A stretch of DNA of 64,000 bases, taken from NCBI GenBank assembly GCA_030390025.1, contig CM059432.1, positions 73,286,001 through 73,350,000 of the forward strand. The letters are read 5' to 3'. The DNA comes from Squalus acanthias (lineage: Eukaryota). The translations under genes and the position numbers were made by a program. This document shows positions 1 through 13,640 of this stretch, piece after piece. Under the pieces are notes generated by a model. The model saw nothing but the letters and a program-made list of their open reading frames with translations. It had not been told where the DNA came from and searched no databases. Position 1 is the first letter of the stretch; each line of letters begins with the position of its first letter.

Positions 1-1109
1 AAGTGTGAAATCCACTGGCAGAATGAAGGACAGCTGCCAGCTTCTAGGGGAAAAAAAATATATATCATATTTGGGTCAGTTATACCTCCACAGACAAGTC
101 CAAGAATCTGAGAGCTTGGAGAATTGGAAAACCAGTTACAGACATGCTTATAGGAAATGTTCGGCAATGAGTCCACGTTTTAAATTTTGCCACCTGTCCT
201 TTAAAGCTGCTACAGAGCTTTAAATTCTGCAGCAACTTAGGATTTCCTAGACTATGTCAAGCAACATCATATTAAAATAGCAAAGGTATTATTAAGGATA
301 AAAAAGCTTGCAACCTTGAAATTCCTTAGCCTTGTTTTATTTTCTTTAATTTGTTCTTGTCAGGTTATTGATGGTAACAAGACATCTGAAACATAGCCAT
401 ACGTGACCCAACCTCGAACACACACAAACCTTCAGGCTACCTACAATCAGATTTGTCTACTTTACTCTCCTATTGTCACCAACATTGCTCAACTTTCTAT
501 TTCTCAAGTATGCTCTAATCCTCAACTATTGATCCTTGAGGTTCTAATTGAGGATGCGACAAGCTCTAGTTATGGTTACTTAAAATCACGTCAATAAATA
601 CCCCCAATACCACACATAAGAGGACTAAACTATGAACGCTTCCAGCATAAAAACACTCTGGCTGAAAAATTCAGCTCCTTAGTGCCCGATTTTTCAGTGC
701 TATGGGTGCCGTTTTGTGACAAAAATGGGGTCCGCGCCACATGCACACAAATCTAGTGCATGCCACGCCAGATGCAATCTTGGTGAGGGCGTTAGCATCG
801 GCGCTGGAAGCTGCAATACTGATTTGATGCTAGCGCTGCCATTTTCATCCTTAACGCTGGAACTAACGCCCTGTGTTAACCTCCCACAGCTGAACATGCG
901 TTCAGCAGTAGCAAGAACCCCCTACCAGCGATATTTAAAGGGATCATCAACAACTCTAAGGCTAGTTGCTACTATTAATTTCTACTGGCTCTGTATAAGT
1001 TTGTGGAAATGTTTGTAGCTTTCTAGAGTTATTTAAAGTTGGTGAGGTGACAGCGAGTGGTGGTGCAAGTGGAGAAGCCTGGGTTCTGGTCAGACCATTG
1101 CTCCCAATC

Positions 1110-2257
1110 ATGGGGGCTCTAGTTGTCACCCTCCTTGGCCTGCAGCATGACAGGGTGATGGAGCAGAGGCAGCGAAGAAGAGGACAAGCTGCTCTCAGAG
1201 GGAGGAGGAGGAGGGAGAGAAGGGCTCTCAGCAGGAGACCTTACATACCTAGGCAATTCCCTCACCTCAGCCTGAGCCAGGAGCAGTGTGTGAGGCATCT
1301 GTGCTTATGAAGGATGTGCTCACAGAATCCTGCCACCTCTTCCAACCAGACCTGCAGCTCACACCAGGGAAAGGACAGTGCTGCCAGAGGCTGTAAAGAT
1401 GACCGTGGCCCTGATTTTCCTCACATCGGGATCCTTCCAGGCTGGAGCAGGCGACATCTGTAACATCTCCCAGTTCAGTGTCCACTGCTGCATCAGAGAG
1501 GTGACAGAAGCTCTTTACGTCAGGGGAGGGGACTTCATTTTCTTCTCTCTGACCAGAGAGAAGCAGGCAGAGCGCGCACGTGGCTTTGCCAGGATAGCGG
1601 GCTTCCTCATGGTGCGGGCGCCGCATCTAAATGCTGAGATGCACGGCAACCGCAAAGTTTACCACTCGCTGAATGTGCAGCTGGTGTGTGACCATGCTCA
1701 GCACATCATGATAGTAAATGCCCGGTATCCTGGCAGCAGTCATGATGTTTTTATTCTGCGCCAGACCGCTGTTCCCTCAGTCTTTGAACCACCACGACAA
1801 ACCAGAGGGTGGCTACTGGGCGACAAGGTCTATCCGCTGATCACCTGGCTCACGACTCTGCTCTACAAACCAACCAGATGTAGGCCGCATGCATACAATG
1901 AGAGAAATGCTGCCACGTGGAATCTGTTAGAGCAGACCATTGGCGTCCTCCAACAATGCTTACGCTGCCTGGACTGTGCTGGAGGAGCCCTGCAGTACTC
2001 AGAAGAGCACTTGTCAAGATACATCGTGGTCTACTTGCATGTTCCACAACCTCGCCATCACGAGGGCACAGCCCTTGCCACCAGGCATATGGTGACCAGC
2101 TGAGGAGAAGGACGAGGAGGAGGAAGCGGAAGAGGAGAAGGAGGAAGTGGAAGAGGAAGAAGCGGAAGAGAAGGAAGCGGAAGGGAGGAGGCAACCCAGA
2201 CAGCCCCTTTCTGTCTGAGCTGCTCATGATCGACTCATCCGACTGCAGTACCAGTGA
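1110..2257 (+). pseudogene. Harbinger DDE transposase (HARBI1-like), disrupted
   Basis: Motifs YHSLNVQLVCD, ARYPGSSHD, GWLLGDK, LEQTIGVL; frameshifts and stops; the GAIDCTH segment with the first catalytic Asp is deleted (reads GFLMVRAPH). Confidence 0.9.
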
Positions 2258-2426
2258 ACGCAACCCCAATTCCCCATTCGACAATAGTGCCACATCTTAC
2301 CTTCCCTCTGTTACTGACCATCACAGTGTCCTCTTGGCCACTATGCTGAAATAAAAGCCACCACAAAAGAAACATTCCAATCCAACTTTATACATAAATC
2401 CCTCCAATATAACCTAACAAAGTCAA

Positions 2427-4233
2427 CTAATCACCCTTGTGCATTCTCTTAGTGCCTGTCTTCAGTGTGCCTTTGCCTGTCCTAGTGCTCGTATGAAGTG
2501 CTACCCCAGTGGCTGCAGCATGGCTGGTGGAGGGATGATGACTTTCAGTGGGGGAGACTGCAGATGGCCTTGCTGGACGACCTCGAGCAGCTCTGAGCCT
2601 AGAAGGCCCGACTGTAGACTGCACCACCTCAGCATAGGTGGCAGAAGTCTGAGCTGTCTGGTTGACAGGCAACAGCAAGGGTACTGGTGGAGTGGCAGTG
2701 GTGGGAGGACGAATGCTGTCATCCTGAGAGAGGACAACAGCTTTGTGCTCCATGGAGCCACTGCCACTCCCCCGGGGCGGCACCTCAGCAATCTTAGTAA
2801 ACTGTTGGAGGACAGATTGCTGGACTGCTGTGACACCCTGCAAGCCCCTTTCAACACTGGTAAACCCAGTCACAATGGCAGCAGTCTGAGCTTGTGTGGC
2901 AGCAAGCTGAGCCTGCATGAGAGCAGTCTGAGCTTGGATGACAGAAATCTGAGCTTTCCCTGCAGCACTCAGATATTGGGTGGCTTCTGCTTGTGCTGCA
3001 ATGGAAGCTGAGACATCGGCCATCAGACTCTGCATCATGGTTGGGTCCACAAGTGCACTAATGGAGTTGGCCATCACTTCCATGCAGGAAATCATGAGCT
3101 CCAAGCTCCGTGCAAAGCCCTGTGCAAGGACTTTGGTGCTGGACTTCTCCATGCTCCTTGACATTGCACTCAGGCTTTCTGGCAGGCCTACCAATGCACC
3201 AAACATTTTGATGTGCATACACATCAGCCTTCTTCTGTAGGCCACCCTATCAAAGTCCTTATGTGAGTCCTCTGCAGCAGAACTCGTGTGTGACCTCACC
3301 CTCCGGGGAGCTGGCACCTGCGCTACCCTTTTCCCCTGCCCTGGCTGCAGCCCACTCGTGCCCGGTGACTCACCACGTGCAGATCCTGCCTCTAGATCTC
3401 TGAAAGGAGAAAGACACAAGGGTAAGGTTGTGGTAAGGGGAGGGTTGAAGCAAGAGGTACATGCTTACACCAACTGCAGCTTGTAAGTCAGAAGAGATTG
3501 TGGGATGAGGGGGAAGTGGGATGTGAGAAGGAGGATTAGGTATGAGGATACTGTCACCTTGGATTGCTTCAGCTCACGGGCTCAGCGATTGCCCTCCCAA
3601 GAATGGCCGGCACTGTCTCCTCCATGGGGGTATGATTATGCAGGCACACCTGTGCCCCTTTGGGTAGCCCTTGCTGGCTCCAATTGTGAGCCACCTTGTT
3701 CTGCAAGAGAAAGGGAAGTGTGTCAGTGAGTGTGGTGCAATGTGTTTGGGTGATATGCCTCTCATGGCTGAATAGCTGACAATGTGCGCAAGCTGTGCAC
3801 ACCAAGTGTGGGTGTGAGGCTTGCAGCAGTGGTAAGTGTGTGAGGGTGAGGTGAAACTATGAATGTGAGGTAAGAGTCATGTTTGGTAGCGATTGTTGGT
3901 AGGTGAGTGATGGGGGTGTGGTATATTGAGCAGTGTGTGAGGCTAGTGGTGCAGATGTTGGGATATGGCATTGGAAGATGAATTCACTGATCTAGACCAC
4001 TCGTGTGAGGTCATTAAACTTCTTCCTGCACTACAGCCAGGTCCTCGGGGCTATACTGCTGGCATTGACAGCTACGGCTATCTGTTCCCATTGCCATTTG
4101 CGATTTTGCCTGGAGGGCCTCCTGGCTCCATGTGGAAAGAGGACCTCTCTCCTCCTATCCACCTTCTGCACCAAGGCCTCCAGAGCTGTATCCAAGAACC
4201 TTGGTGCCCCCTCTCTGCCCAGTTGTGCCATCA
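2427..4233 (-). pseudogene. Harbinger Myb/SANT-like DNA-binding partner gene, 3 exons, disrupted
   Basis: Exon 1 APRFLDTALEALV..WEQIA..RTWL*CRKKFNDL (premature stop); exon 2 NKVAHN after acceptor near 3705; exon 3 ORF 2427-3400 homologous to 34050-34996. Confidence 0.85.
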
Positions 4234-4625
4234 TTAGTTGTTTCTCACTGTCTTCCCCAGCCAATTCAATGAGCTGCTGCAGGCAGAATGCACCTCCCCC
4301 TTAAGAGATGCAGACTGCCTTTAGATAGTGCAGGCTAGCTTTAAGTGGTGCTAGCCTCGCATGAACTTGGGCCTACTGCTAAGCATTCAGCTACTCAGCA
4401 GCGCGTTCAGTGCTGGGTTGAATGCTTCAGTCATGGAAATGAGCAGACAGCATGAAGTTCGTGTTCTGCCTGCATTCCTCTGAACGGGCGCGGGTTGACT
4501 GCACATCACGATCCCCATGCCTGTTTTCGGGAGCTAATTAATTTCTAGGCCTCCTTCTATTCCCACGCATTAGAGTTGCAGGTTTGCACTGTCGGGTTTG
4601 CCAAACCATGCTTTCACCCCATCAA

Positions 4626-4694
4626 ATTAGGGATGGGCAATAAATGCTGGCCTTGCCAGCAATGTCCACATCCCATGAATGAATATTAAAAAAA
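4626..4694 (+). mobile_element. Isolated 3' tail of the LINE family at 26550-31262 (or of its partner SINE)
   Basis: ATTAGGGATGGGCAATAAATGCTGGCCTTGCCAGC..CCACATCCCAT matches 31195-31250. Confidence 0.8.
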
Positions 4695-5808
4695 TGTTTC
4701 CCTATCATTTTCCCATCCGTTACCATGGACATTCATTTTCCCTGTTTACACTTTTCAGCTCTTTCCATTTTGTGGCAGGATTACAGCAGAAAAAATATTG
4801 AAACCTTGCAAGAATTTATGCTAAAGCACTATAATGCATTTTCAAAACTCAGTAGGTAAAATAAAACCCTAAAATCCTTTCTTAACTAAAGGCAACAAAA
4901 CTTAAATGCAGCAAAGTAAAAGGTGAGAAGCCTGCATGCGTTTGATAACAGGTGTCAAACCTTTATATCTTCTACAATATCTGCCGGAAACTGCTTATGA
5001 GACTTGTCTGTATTCATATTTCTTTTAATATACTTACAGACTTACTTGCATTTCTTATGCATTATTTATAGATTTCCTGTGTGTTGCGTAATATTAGGAT
5101 AACAAAGACAACCATCTCATCTTTGTGGCACACCAAGATTGTCAAAAATTTATTTTCACAGCAAACCTAACTGAAGTGCTCAAGACATCCAGGAACCTGA
5201 GTCATTTCTGTGTAAATAAAAAAATCAGCGCTAATATACAATGGCCCCCAAAAGTCCATGGGCCAACAATCCTAGCACTTCTGCCATGATTGCAACTGCT
5301 GGGAAACTCCACCGCTGACCCTGCTGAACTTTCCAGGGGTCGGGGAGAGGTTCCCTAATTTGCCAGCAAATTGCAGGTGACCATGCAACTAGGAGTGCAT
5401 CGATGACCTCTATCATATAAACCAGGCCCTAAAATCTTCCATAAGTGTCTGGACTGGTAGGAATCATATGAGGGTTCCTCCCCAAAGAAAAGGCATAGTC
5501 ATCTCCTTCAACCCCTTTTACAATGGGACCACTTCAAAAATTAAAAAGAATTGGTGTCAAATCTTACAGGTCCAAATCACAATCCCAGCCTGTACCCCCA
5601 GGTGGTCCCAACATCTGCTGCTGGGCCTCATCAGGCGCTTCTGCAGCAATCACATATCTGTTTTCTTTGAGGACTGAAGTGGGGAGACTCCACCCCCTGC
5701 TTCTTCCCCTTATGATGATGACCTTTTTAGGACAGGTGGAGGCTCTGTTCCTCAAGGCTATTCCAGAAAGTCTGTTGCATGGTCGAGATCCAGTGTAACC
5801 AAATCTAG

Positions 5809-5910
5809 TTTCCAGTTCTGACGAAGGGTCATCGACCTGAAACGTTAACTCTGTTTCTCTCTCCACAGATGCTGCCTGACCTGCTGAGTATTTCCAGCAT
5901 TTTCTGTTTT
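5809..5910 (+). mobile_element. 102-bp Penelope-like terminal-repeat insertion with 13-bp TSD
   Basis: TSD TAACCAAATCTAG at 5796-5808 and 5911-5923; near identical to the 3' end of the Penelope at 53604-53708. Confidence 0.9.
5814..5850 (+). ncRNA. Minimal type I hammerhead ribozyme
   Basis: AGTT-CTGACGA-AGGGTC(ATC)GACCT-GAAA-CGTT-AACT: conserved core, stem II, palindromic minimal stem III, stem I AGTT/AACT. Confidence 0.75.
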
Positions 5911-6261
5911 TAACCAAATCTAGATCCTGGCTGTTCCATGCTGTGGCATACTCTCACTGAGGTTACATCAGAAGTGCACAGATACAGCCACAGACTTTAA
6001 CAGAGTACCAAATTAGAATGGATTATTGACTACATATACCTAAAGTACTTTAATCATCATTACGGCATTGTGATACCAAATAATATCAAGGGTTTCTAAG
6101 AGATTTATGTGAGATTGCAGTACACTACAATTGTGACAAAATTTTCTATATTCATTGTAGTTCATGTATTGTGGGCTACATATGATCTATTATGAACCTG
6201 CAGTTTATTAAACAAAATTAATAGTTGAATCATTGAATACACCATTTGAGGTATCAATTTA

Positions 6262-6530
6262 AAAAGAAAAGAAAGACCTACATTTATATAGCGCCTTTCA
6301 CGACCACCGGACGTCCCAAAGTACTTTACAGCCAATGAAGTACTTTTGAAGTGTAGTCACTGTTGTAATGTGGGAAACGCAGCAGCCAATTTGCACGCAG
6401 CAAGCTCCCACAAACAGCAATGTGATAATGACCAGAAAATCTATGTGAGTGATGTTGATTGAGGGATAAATATTGGCCGGGACACCGGAGATAACTCCCC
6501 TGCTCTCCTTCGAAATAGTGCCACCTTTTA
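6262..6530 (-). mobile_element. DeuSINE (SacSINE1-like), 5'-truncated
   Basis: Deu-domain sequence GAGGGATAAATATTGGCC.GGACACC..CTCCCCTGCTCT and L2-type tail CATTTATATAGCGCCTTT. Confidence 0.8.
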
Positions 6531-9500
6531 CCTCACTCTCCTCACCCGTTTACTGAATTCAATATAATCTCATGGTACACTACCAAATTATTTCCAAAAT
6601 GATGAGTATTATGACACAGACCAGAGGTTTATAAACTAAAGCCACAAACAACTTTATTTACTATAACAACACGCAGAATATATATGGTAAATAGTAAAAG
6701 AACACTATACATATAACATTGCTGGGTTGATTACCTTTGTAAGTATGCCTTCTGATTTAGTTCAAGTGTTTCTGTAAATTATCAACCAAATTTCTTATTG
6801 GCAAATTTTATCTGTGTCTACTCTAGCACAAACTTCTTAGAGCAGAATAATTCATGGTATTTCCAGACCACCAGCTTTGACAAAACTTAACTGTTGTCTC
6901 AAAGCTCCTGCTTTTTAAGTCAAAATAGGATCAAAACTGAAACTTCTGGGCAACTTATTGATTTGATATGCTTGCTTTTTCATATCAAATCAAATAATAT
7001 GTCATGGAACTTTCTGATTAACATAGGAAGAACAATTTATACAATACGACATAAATATAAGTTACATATTTCACATACAAATGGAATATTGGTTGTTTCC
7101 TGAGGTACAAAAAAGTGCAATTATGGGTCAAATATGTAATTGAATCAAAGTCTTCAGAACGGGATATAACAGATCTTTGTTGTGCAAAAGTCTTGCTACT
7201 TAAATTAATAACATAATCTGCAAATTAAATCAATGCACCAATCTGATTTGAGAGCAAAGGCCTCTTTGAACATTAAGGTTAAAAAAACACAATGGAAACT
7301 TTGTCACAGGACAAAATTTAGTGACTTTTTTTGTCTTGACTAATTGTTTTTTTTAATAATTATTCAAGAAAATTTTTAATTAAAAGAAACATGGTTAAGA
7401 AATGTTACTGTAAATAAAATGAGTTTTGTATACAAGGATCATGAGCTCTGATTTCAACAGGTAGTGGGTTAGTTTACTGATTTTATAACCTGCTTACTGG
7501 CCTGGTAAAAAGCATACATTATAAGAAAATAAAAATAAATGACTGTTCATTGCACATTAAAAAGACATTGGCAAAAAAGAAAGCAACACGCTTGAACCTG
7601 ATGACCCCTAGGGAAAATGCGCTCATGCCTGTTAAAGTTCCACAGATCCTGAGGTTCACCCACTCCCCACCAGCACCATCAATACTACCATCGAAGATAA
7701 ACCTCTTCCATTTTCAAGAAGCTGACATTCTTGGACTATTTAATGTTCATTGAATTGTGCCTAAGGTTATGGTGATTTGCATTTGATATTATATTAAATT
7801 TGAACAAACCTGCTCCTCCCAGCCAGAGCCAATTCAAATTTGTTTAGATGTGACTGAATAATAATGTTTATAATGAGTTTTAACTTTGCATATAATTTAT
7901 CTTATTCTCTTTAAGTGACAGATAGCTTTTATGTGCATACAACTGCTTTAATTGGAAACTATTGAAAACTATTTGAAATGAAATTTACATTCTTTACATC
8001 CCTTTCACAAGATGCCATTGTGTCTTGGTTCATTTTGTTAATGAAAACTGCAAGTTTCTCCTAATCATTATTCAAGGATTTGCCAGGCAATCTTCAGAAA
8101 ATGACTTACATTTTTGGAGGAAATGGGAGTTTTTCTAAGCATGAGCACAAATGTTAAAGACTGCTTTTTTAATAATACTTGTTTTGTAGACAGTAAAAAA
8201 AACTGTTTATCTCCCTTTCTTTCTACATGAATATTGAAATCTATAAAACAGAAAAGGCATGCTGCCCACACCATGGGATCTTGCTCCTCTTTAATTTTCC
8301 TTAATTTGTGTAGCGAATAACAAAATACTCATAATGCAATTAGTGGATAATCAGGCTTGTAATTATGATAATTGCTGGAGACTTACATCAATCCTCCAGC
8401 AAAGTGATAGGATTTCAGGGGAGCTATTAAAACACAGAGAGGGAGTGGATAAATTGATGAATGGCTTAGTTAGGCTTATATTATTGGACAATGTCTTACA
8501 ATGTTTCCTCAAAGCAAAATGCCTCAAGGGGCGACTAAGAAAGTGAGGTTTATGAACCAGCGCACAAACATGTTTGATCTATTCTTGTCACGTAAACAAC
8601 ACTGGTGGACATCTTTATTTACTGTAATGAGCACCATAATACATAAAATTTGAAGGAATTGTACATAGAAACTGAAGCAATAGTGAGCTATTGTACGAAC
8701 AGGTTTCATTAATCTGTGGCCTCTTGTGAACAACAGCGAGACATTTGTTCAAACATTAACAGATACCGCAGGGAGAATAAGTAAGGAAGACAAACTAATA
8801 GAGATTAAGCACTCAATTGGAGCAGTGCTGATGGAAAGGATTTAGTTTCATGTGGTTAAAGACCCGCTTTAGTTGGGTAGTGGTTACTGTACAGGTGTAA
8901 TAATACATGCTGCAAATTTGATATGTGAATCGTGTAACATTCATCTACAATGATTGAAATAAGACAGTTGCATTTTCAATAGGCAAAGAAACTGCATTCA
9001 TCTTGAAAGGTCACAGGAAGCTGATGAGAAATGGCAGACACAGAGTCTGCTCTATTCATAATGTAATCAACCCTGCTTAAAAGGGCAACATCTGCCTGAT
9101 GTGGGATTTTGAACCCTCTTCTGCTGTCTCTAATTTAATACAACAATTTGGGTAGAAAGAACGTTCAGTGGAACAGTTTTGTTCTTCAGAACACGAACAA
9201 TGTTGATGAATTTGATGGCTGTGTTGGATCTCTAACTTTTTTGTACATCAACTTAATTATAAATTTTCACTGCAATTTGCAATCGAATTACCACGAGTTC
9301 AAATCTTGAGGTTCTGTGTTACAAACATCTGTTGCAAACTGGATTAATAAAACAAGAATTTATTCCATCTTTTACTTTGTAAATATCCAAGAAATAAAAT
9401 CAAAGAACAAATTCAGTAGAATCCAATTTTACCCAGATTTAAAAAAAACTGTGGCGTCTTTGTGCAGTGACACATGATTGCACATTCATGTGAGAAATTA

Positions 9501-9978
9501 TTCACAAAACATGAATAATTCAGGTCCCAGATGTTCTCTTTAGTGCACTTTAGCAGAGAAAGGAGTTTCTTTTCTCTAATTTTGTATGACATCATCGCAT
9601 CTGATTTTAACACATCTATCAGGTTATTTGTTGCAGAAAAGTACAAAATCATAGCATGGATTTCATACATAGACAAAATATACAATAAAAAATCTTGCAT
9701 GCAGTGTGTCACACCTTATCTGTGAATGTCATTGTTTAAATTAGAATATCATACTTTAAATGTGTACCTCACACTTTGATGGTTGACTGAAATAACCAGG
9801 ATCTGATCAGCTAACTATTCTGATTTGTTCAAATACCTGTTTGCTATCACTCAGGAATGAGGAACCAACTATAATAAAAATCAACCATTTAAGTAGTTCA
9901 CATATTTTTTTCAAAGTGACAGTGTTGCCTTCTGCTATATCCCACTAGATAATCCCAACAATTACATTTAAAACATGT

Positions 9979-10260
9979 GGGCCTAGAAATTGGAACCTTT
10001 AGCATCGGCCATTAAGGTCAGTTTTGAAGAAAAAATGGCGAGCGCCTCGCTTTCGGCCACTTCAGGCTGCGGAACGCGGCAGCCGCCATATTGGGCAGGT
10101 CGAAAGCGTTGCCGTTGCCTACACTCATGGCAAGTATTTAAATGACCAGGAGCGTAACGTCAATCGGCGTGCAATGCTGAATTGACGCACGTTGAGCGAT
10201 TTTGGAACTCGCCGCTCCTCTTACCGCCGTCTCCAAAGCCCGTGTGTGCAGCCGTTACCA
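9979..10260. mobile_element. Harbinger terminal fragment
   Basis: Begins GGGCCTAGAAATTGG, the same TIR type as 4551; CpG-rich subterminal sequence. Confidence 0.6.
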
Positions 10261-10912
10261 GCATGTAGAGCCGGGAGAAAGCAGTGGAGATCTATAGATC
10301 TCCGCCAAATTCTTCAATAACTCTGCAGAGTGTGTCCAGTCCAGTGAGATGGCTCATGGTGATTGCTGCAGAAACACATCAGCAGATCGAATGCCTGTTC
10401 TATACACGTTAAGATGCCAGCTCTCAATCGGAGCAGGTCAGCGAGTTCTGGCACGTAATGTGCACAGAACAGCATGTGGTTACAAACAGTCTGGGGGACT
10501 TGTACTGCATCTAAAGGCCTGATCCATTACTGTTGCTTCCAGTTGTGTCAGTAAACTGGAAATGAAATGATATTTGTACTTTGTAACTGTTTACTGTTAT
10601 TGTTACAAACGTCCATATTGAATATGCATCCTGTCCCTCTGAAATTACAGGTGTGAGCTTATTACATTTTCAATTAAAGGAGACCCAAAGACATTTTCCT
10701 GTTTCTGAAGGAATTTGTACATCTGCATTTACTGGTATCGATATTCAGGTGTTCAGGGTATCCAGTAAACTTTTCACATCTCTTGGTCTATTCAGGAAGG
10801 AATCATGGATCACTTGTGCCGGCTCTGACATCCAGTATTACAAACAAATCTCCCAATTCCAGTACACCATTGCGCTTTCAAAATGCTTATCCGAGTACTT
10901 TCTAGAGAGAAA

Positions 10913-11660
10913 GGGGGAAAAATTCGGTTGCTTTGTGCCTCCCGTTAGTGCCCTAAGAGGGCGCTAACGGGGCGTAAAGCAACTAGCGCCTGAGCGCGGC
11001 ACTGCCAACGCCTCCCGCGAAACTCAGCGGGAGGTTAGCGGCAGCGGTAACCGGTAGCGCCCTGTGGCGCTGCGCCGCCGGCGATTACATCATCGCCATG
11101 CACAGCGCCCCGCTCGCTGCCCCGGCCGCGATCTTCGGGAGCGCCCCCTGACTTACCGCCGGACGCTATGTTCAACGGGGTCAGGGGGGCCTACCTGCGG
11201 CTGGGGAGGCACTATTTAAAGGCGAGGTGCGGAGCGGCCATTTTTGTTGCTGGCCGCCTGCCAGCACCTGCCTCCGCTCCCGTCCCCTGGCCTCCTTACC
11301 CGCCCCCCCCGCAGTGTGCCGGCTGCGCTCCATGAGCCTGGCACTTCTCTTGGGTGCTGGGCTCTTTTGCCAGCACTCCCAATCCTCGGGGGCCCAGCTG
11401 GGCCCTGGGCCGTGCTGCGCAAGGCCCCTCCCCTTTAATAAGGGGAGGAAGGCAGGCAATACTGCGGCGCGATGTGCGGCAGCGCTATTCCCTCGCAGCG
11501 CCCCAAGAGGAGAGGCGGGGCGCTTCCAGTAGCGCCCCGCTTCCCTCTTGGGGCACTACCACTCAATTTCCATTGCGGGGCGCTAATTTTTCCGGGGCGC
11601 TAAAAGTAGTGCCCCAGCGAAGTTAGCACCCCAAAGGGGGCACAACTCAATTTTTAACCC
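10913..11660. mobile_element. Harbinger MITE, lineage B
   Basis: TIRs GGGGGAAAAATT and AATTTTTAACCC, TSD AAA, repeated TAGCGCC motifs; homologous to 43432-44120. Confidence 0.9.
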
Positions 11661-11744
11661 AAATACTCCTAAAAAGACTTACAGTGAAAAGCCTCTGTAA
11701 TAACCAAGGTATTCTATGTCTGTGTATTAAAAGAATAGAAACAA

Positions 11745-11900
11745 CAACAGAAAACGCTGGAAAAACTCAGCAGGCCAGGCAACATCCGTGGAGAGAGAAA
11801 CAGAGTTAACGTTTCAGGTCGAAACCCTTCGTCAGAACTGAGAAAAGAGCAGGAAATGAAACAGATAAAAATGCAAGGGGGAGGCTGGGGGGAGGGGGGG
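11745..11900 (-). mobile_element. Penelope-like terminal repeat with hammerhead ribozyme (about 11803-11840)
   Basis: Reverse complement reads CAGTTCTGACGAAGGGTTTCGACCTGAAACGTTAACTCTG. Confidence 0.8.
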
Positions 11901-11914
11901 ACCAGCAGACACGA

Positions 11915-12326
11915 TTTAATTAAAATTGCGTGGAGGCGGGATGGAGGCGGGCTTGTGCCCGCCCGCCAGTTTTCGCAATTTTAACCCCCCACATGCCTCC
12001 AACCCGCCTCCACGGGTCAATGAAAATTCTGCCCCTTGTGTCTTGCAGCAGTCATTTTCACAAGTGGTACATCGAGAAGCAGCAGGAAAGGATGGTTGAA
12101 AAACAAGGCTGCATGGGCCCTTTAAATGTAGCTGGCTGACAGACGTCAGCAGAGGCGAGCAGCAGACCCAAACCCACTGATTGGGCTGGGTGGAGCGCAC
12201 GGCGGCCTTAATCAGGCTACTTAAGTTAAAATCTTAATTCCTAGGAGGTTCACAGCGGCAGCGGGACCGGAACCCGCCGAACATCAAAGCCACCTCCAAC
12301 CCGCCTCCACTCAGAAAATCGCAGCC
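11915..12326. mobile_element. GC-rich non-autonomous DNA transposon fragments (Harbinger-like ends)
   Basis: Ends GAAAATTCTGCCCC (12034) and GAAAATCGCAGCC (12326); inverted GGAGGCGGG / CCCGCCTCC motifs. Confidence 0.5.
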
Positions 12327-13261
12327 TATGACTCTATGGTAAGGTCTGCCATTTCAAAGAGAATTTGGTGTAGCGCACAATTACATTACATTCAGAAAGA
12401 AGACAATGAAAATGTGGTCATTATTAATCCCATAGGTATGCACCTCTTTGAGGGCAAAGTAGAGAAAAAGCACAGCTTCCAGATCATAGGGAATAAAATC
12501 CACTTATGGACGTGCTTTTAGACCACTAAGGAAAAAAGACAATTGATAAAAATCTGAAATTGCAACAGTTTCAAAAATGAATTTTATAAATCATTTTTGT
12601 AAATGTCAAATAATAAATAGTGACGGGCAGAGGACATAGAGGTGCCACCCCACCCTCCCCCAGACCCGACCTGCTGGCTTTCTCAGTATTGGAGCTGGAA
12701 AATTTCCCACCTTGCCCCAACCGGCGAGCTGCAGGTGCTCCACTAACTTTGCACCCATTTCGGACAGAAGTCGAATTTGCTCCCCAGTATCAAAATTTGC
12801 ACATCACTAAAATAGGGAGCAGATTAACTGAAGAGGACTGTAAGCAATTTCAGGACAACTTAGGTTGGTAGATTGGGGAGATAGATCTAAGATATAAATT
12901 AATGTAAATAAATGTGCGATGGTGCAGTCTGAAAAGAATAATAATAAGAGAACATATACACTAATGGTCAATCTATAAAAGGAGTAGAAGAGCAGAGACA
13001 CTTATGGGTTAGATATACAAATATTTAAAAGTATGATAAAGCTGTAAAGAGGCAGAGTAGAAAATCAAAGCCGTAATGCTAAACCTAAAAAAATGGCTGG
13101 TCTGGCCACAGTTAAAATATTGTATCCAGTTTTGGGTGCCTTACTTTAGAAAAGATATCAAGGCCATGGAGAGGGTGCAGAATATATTCACCAAAATGAT
13201 ACCAGAAATGGGAGGCTTTAGGTATGAGGAGATACTAGAGCAAAAAATGTTAAGAGGAGAT

Positions 13262-13640
13262 CTACAACAACAACAACAACTTGTATTTATATAGCACCTT
13301 TAACGTAGTAAAATGTCCCAAGGTGCTTCACAGGAGCATTATCAAACAAGATTTGACACCGAGCCACATAAGGAGATATTAGGGCAGATGAAAGAGGTAG
13401 GTTTTAAGGAACGTCTTAAAGGAGGAAAGAGAGGTAGAGAGGCAGAGAGGTTTAGGGAGGGAATTCCAGAGCTTAGAGCCTCGGCAGCTGAAGGCACGGC
13501 CACCAGTGGTGGAGCGATTAAAATAGGGGATGAGCAAGAAGCCAGAATTGGAGGATGCAGATATTTTGGAAGGTTGTAGGGCTGGAGAAGGCTACAGAGA
13601 TATGGAGGGGTGAGGCCATGAAGGGTGTTCAAAATTATGA
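13262..13640 (-). mobile_element. L2 LINE 3' fragment
   Basis: (CAA)n tail, TTGTATTTATATAGCACCTTT; LHGLTPPYLCSLLQPY. Confidence 0.8.

Larger units (their letters stand above)
660..4551. mobile_element. Decayed PIF/Harbinger DNA transposon (transposase on +, Myb/SANT partner on -, convergent)
   Basis: Imperfect TIRs GGCTGAAAAATT (660) and AATTTCTAGGCC (ends 4551); two convergent genes homologous to those of the intact copy at 32796-36976. Confidence 0.9.

Noticed and set aside
1917..2354. Arg/Lys-rich protamine-like ORF
   Set aside because: Alternative frame of the Glu-coding purine repeat at the transposase C-terminus
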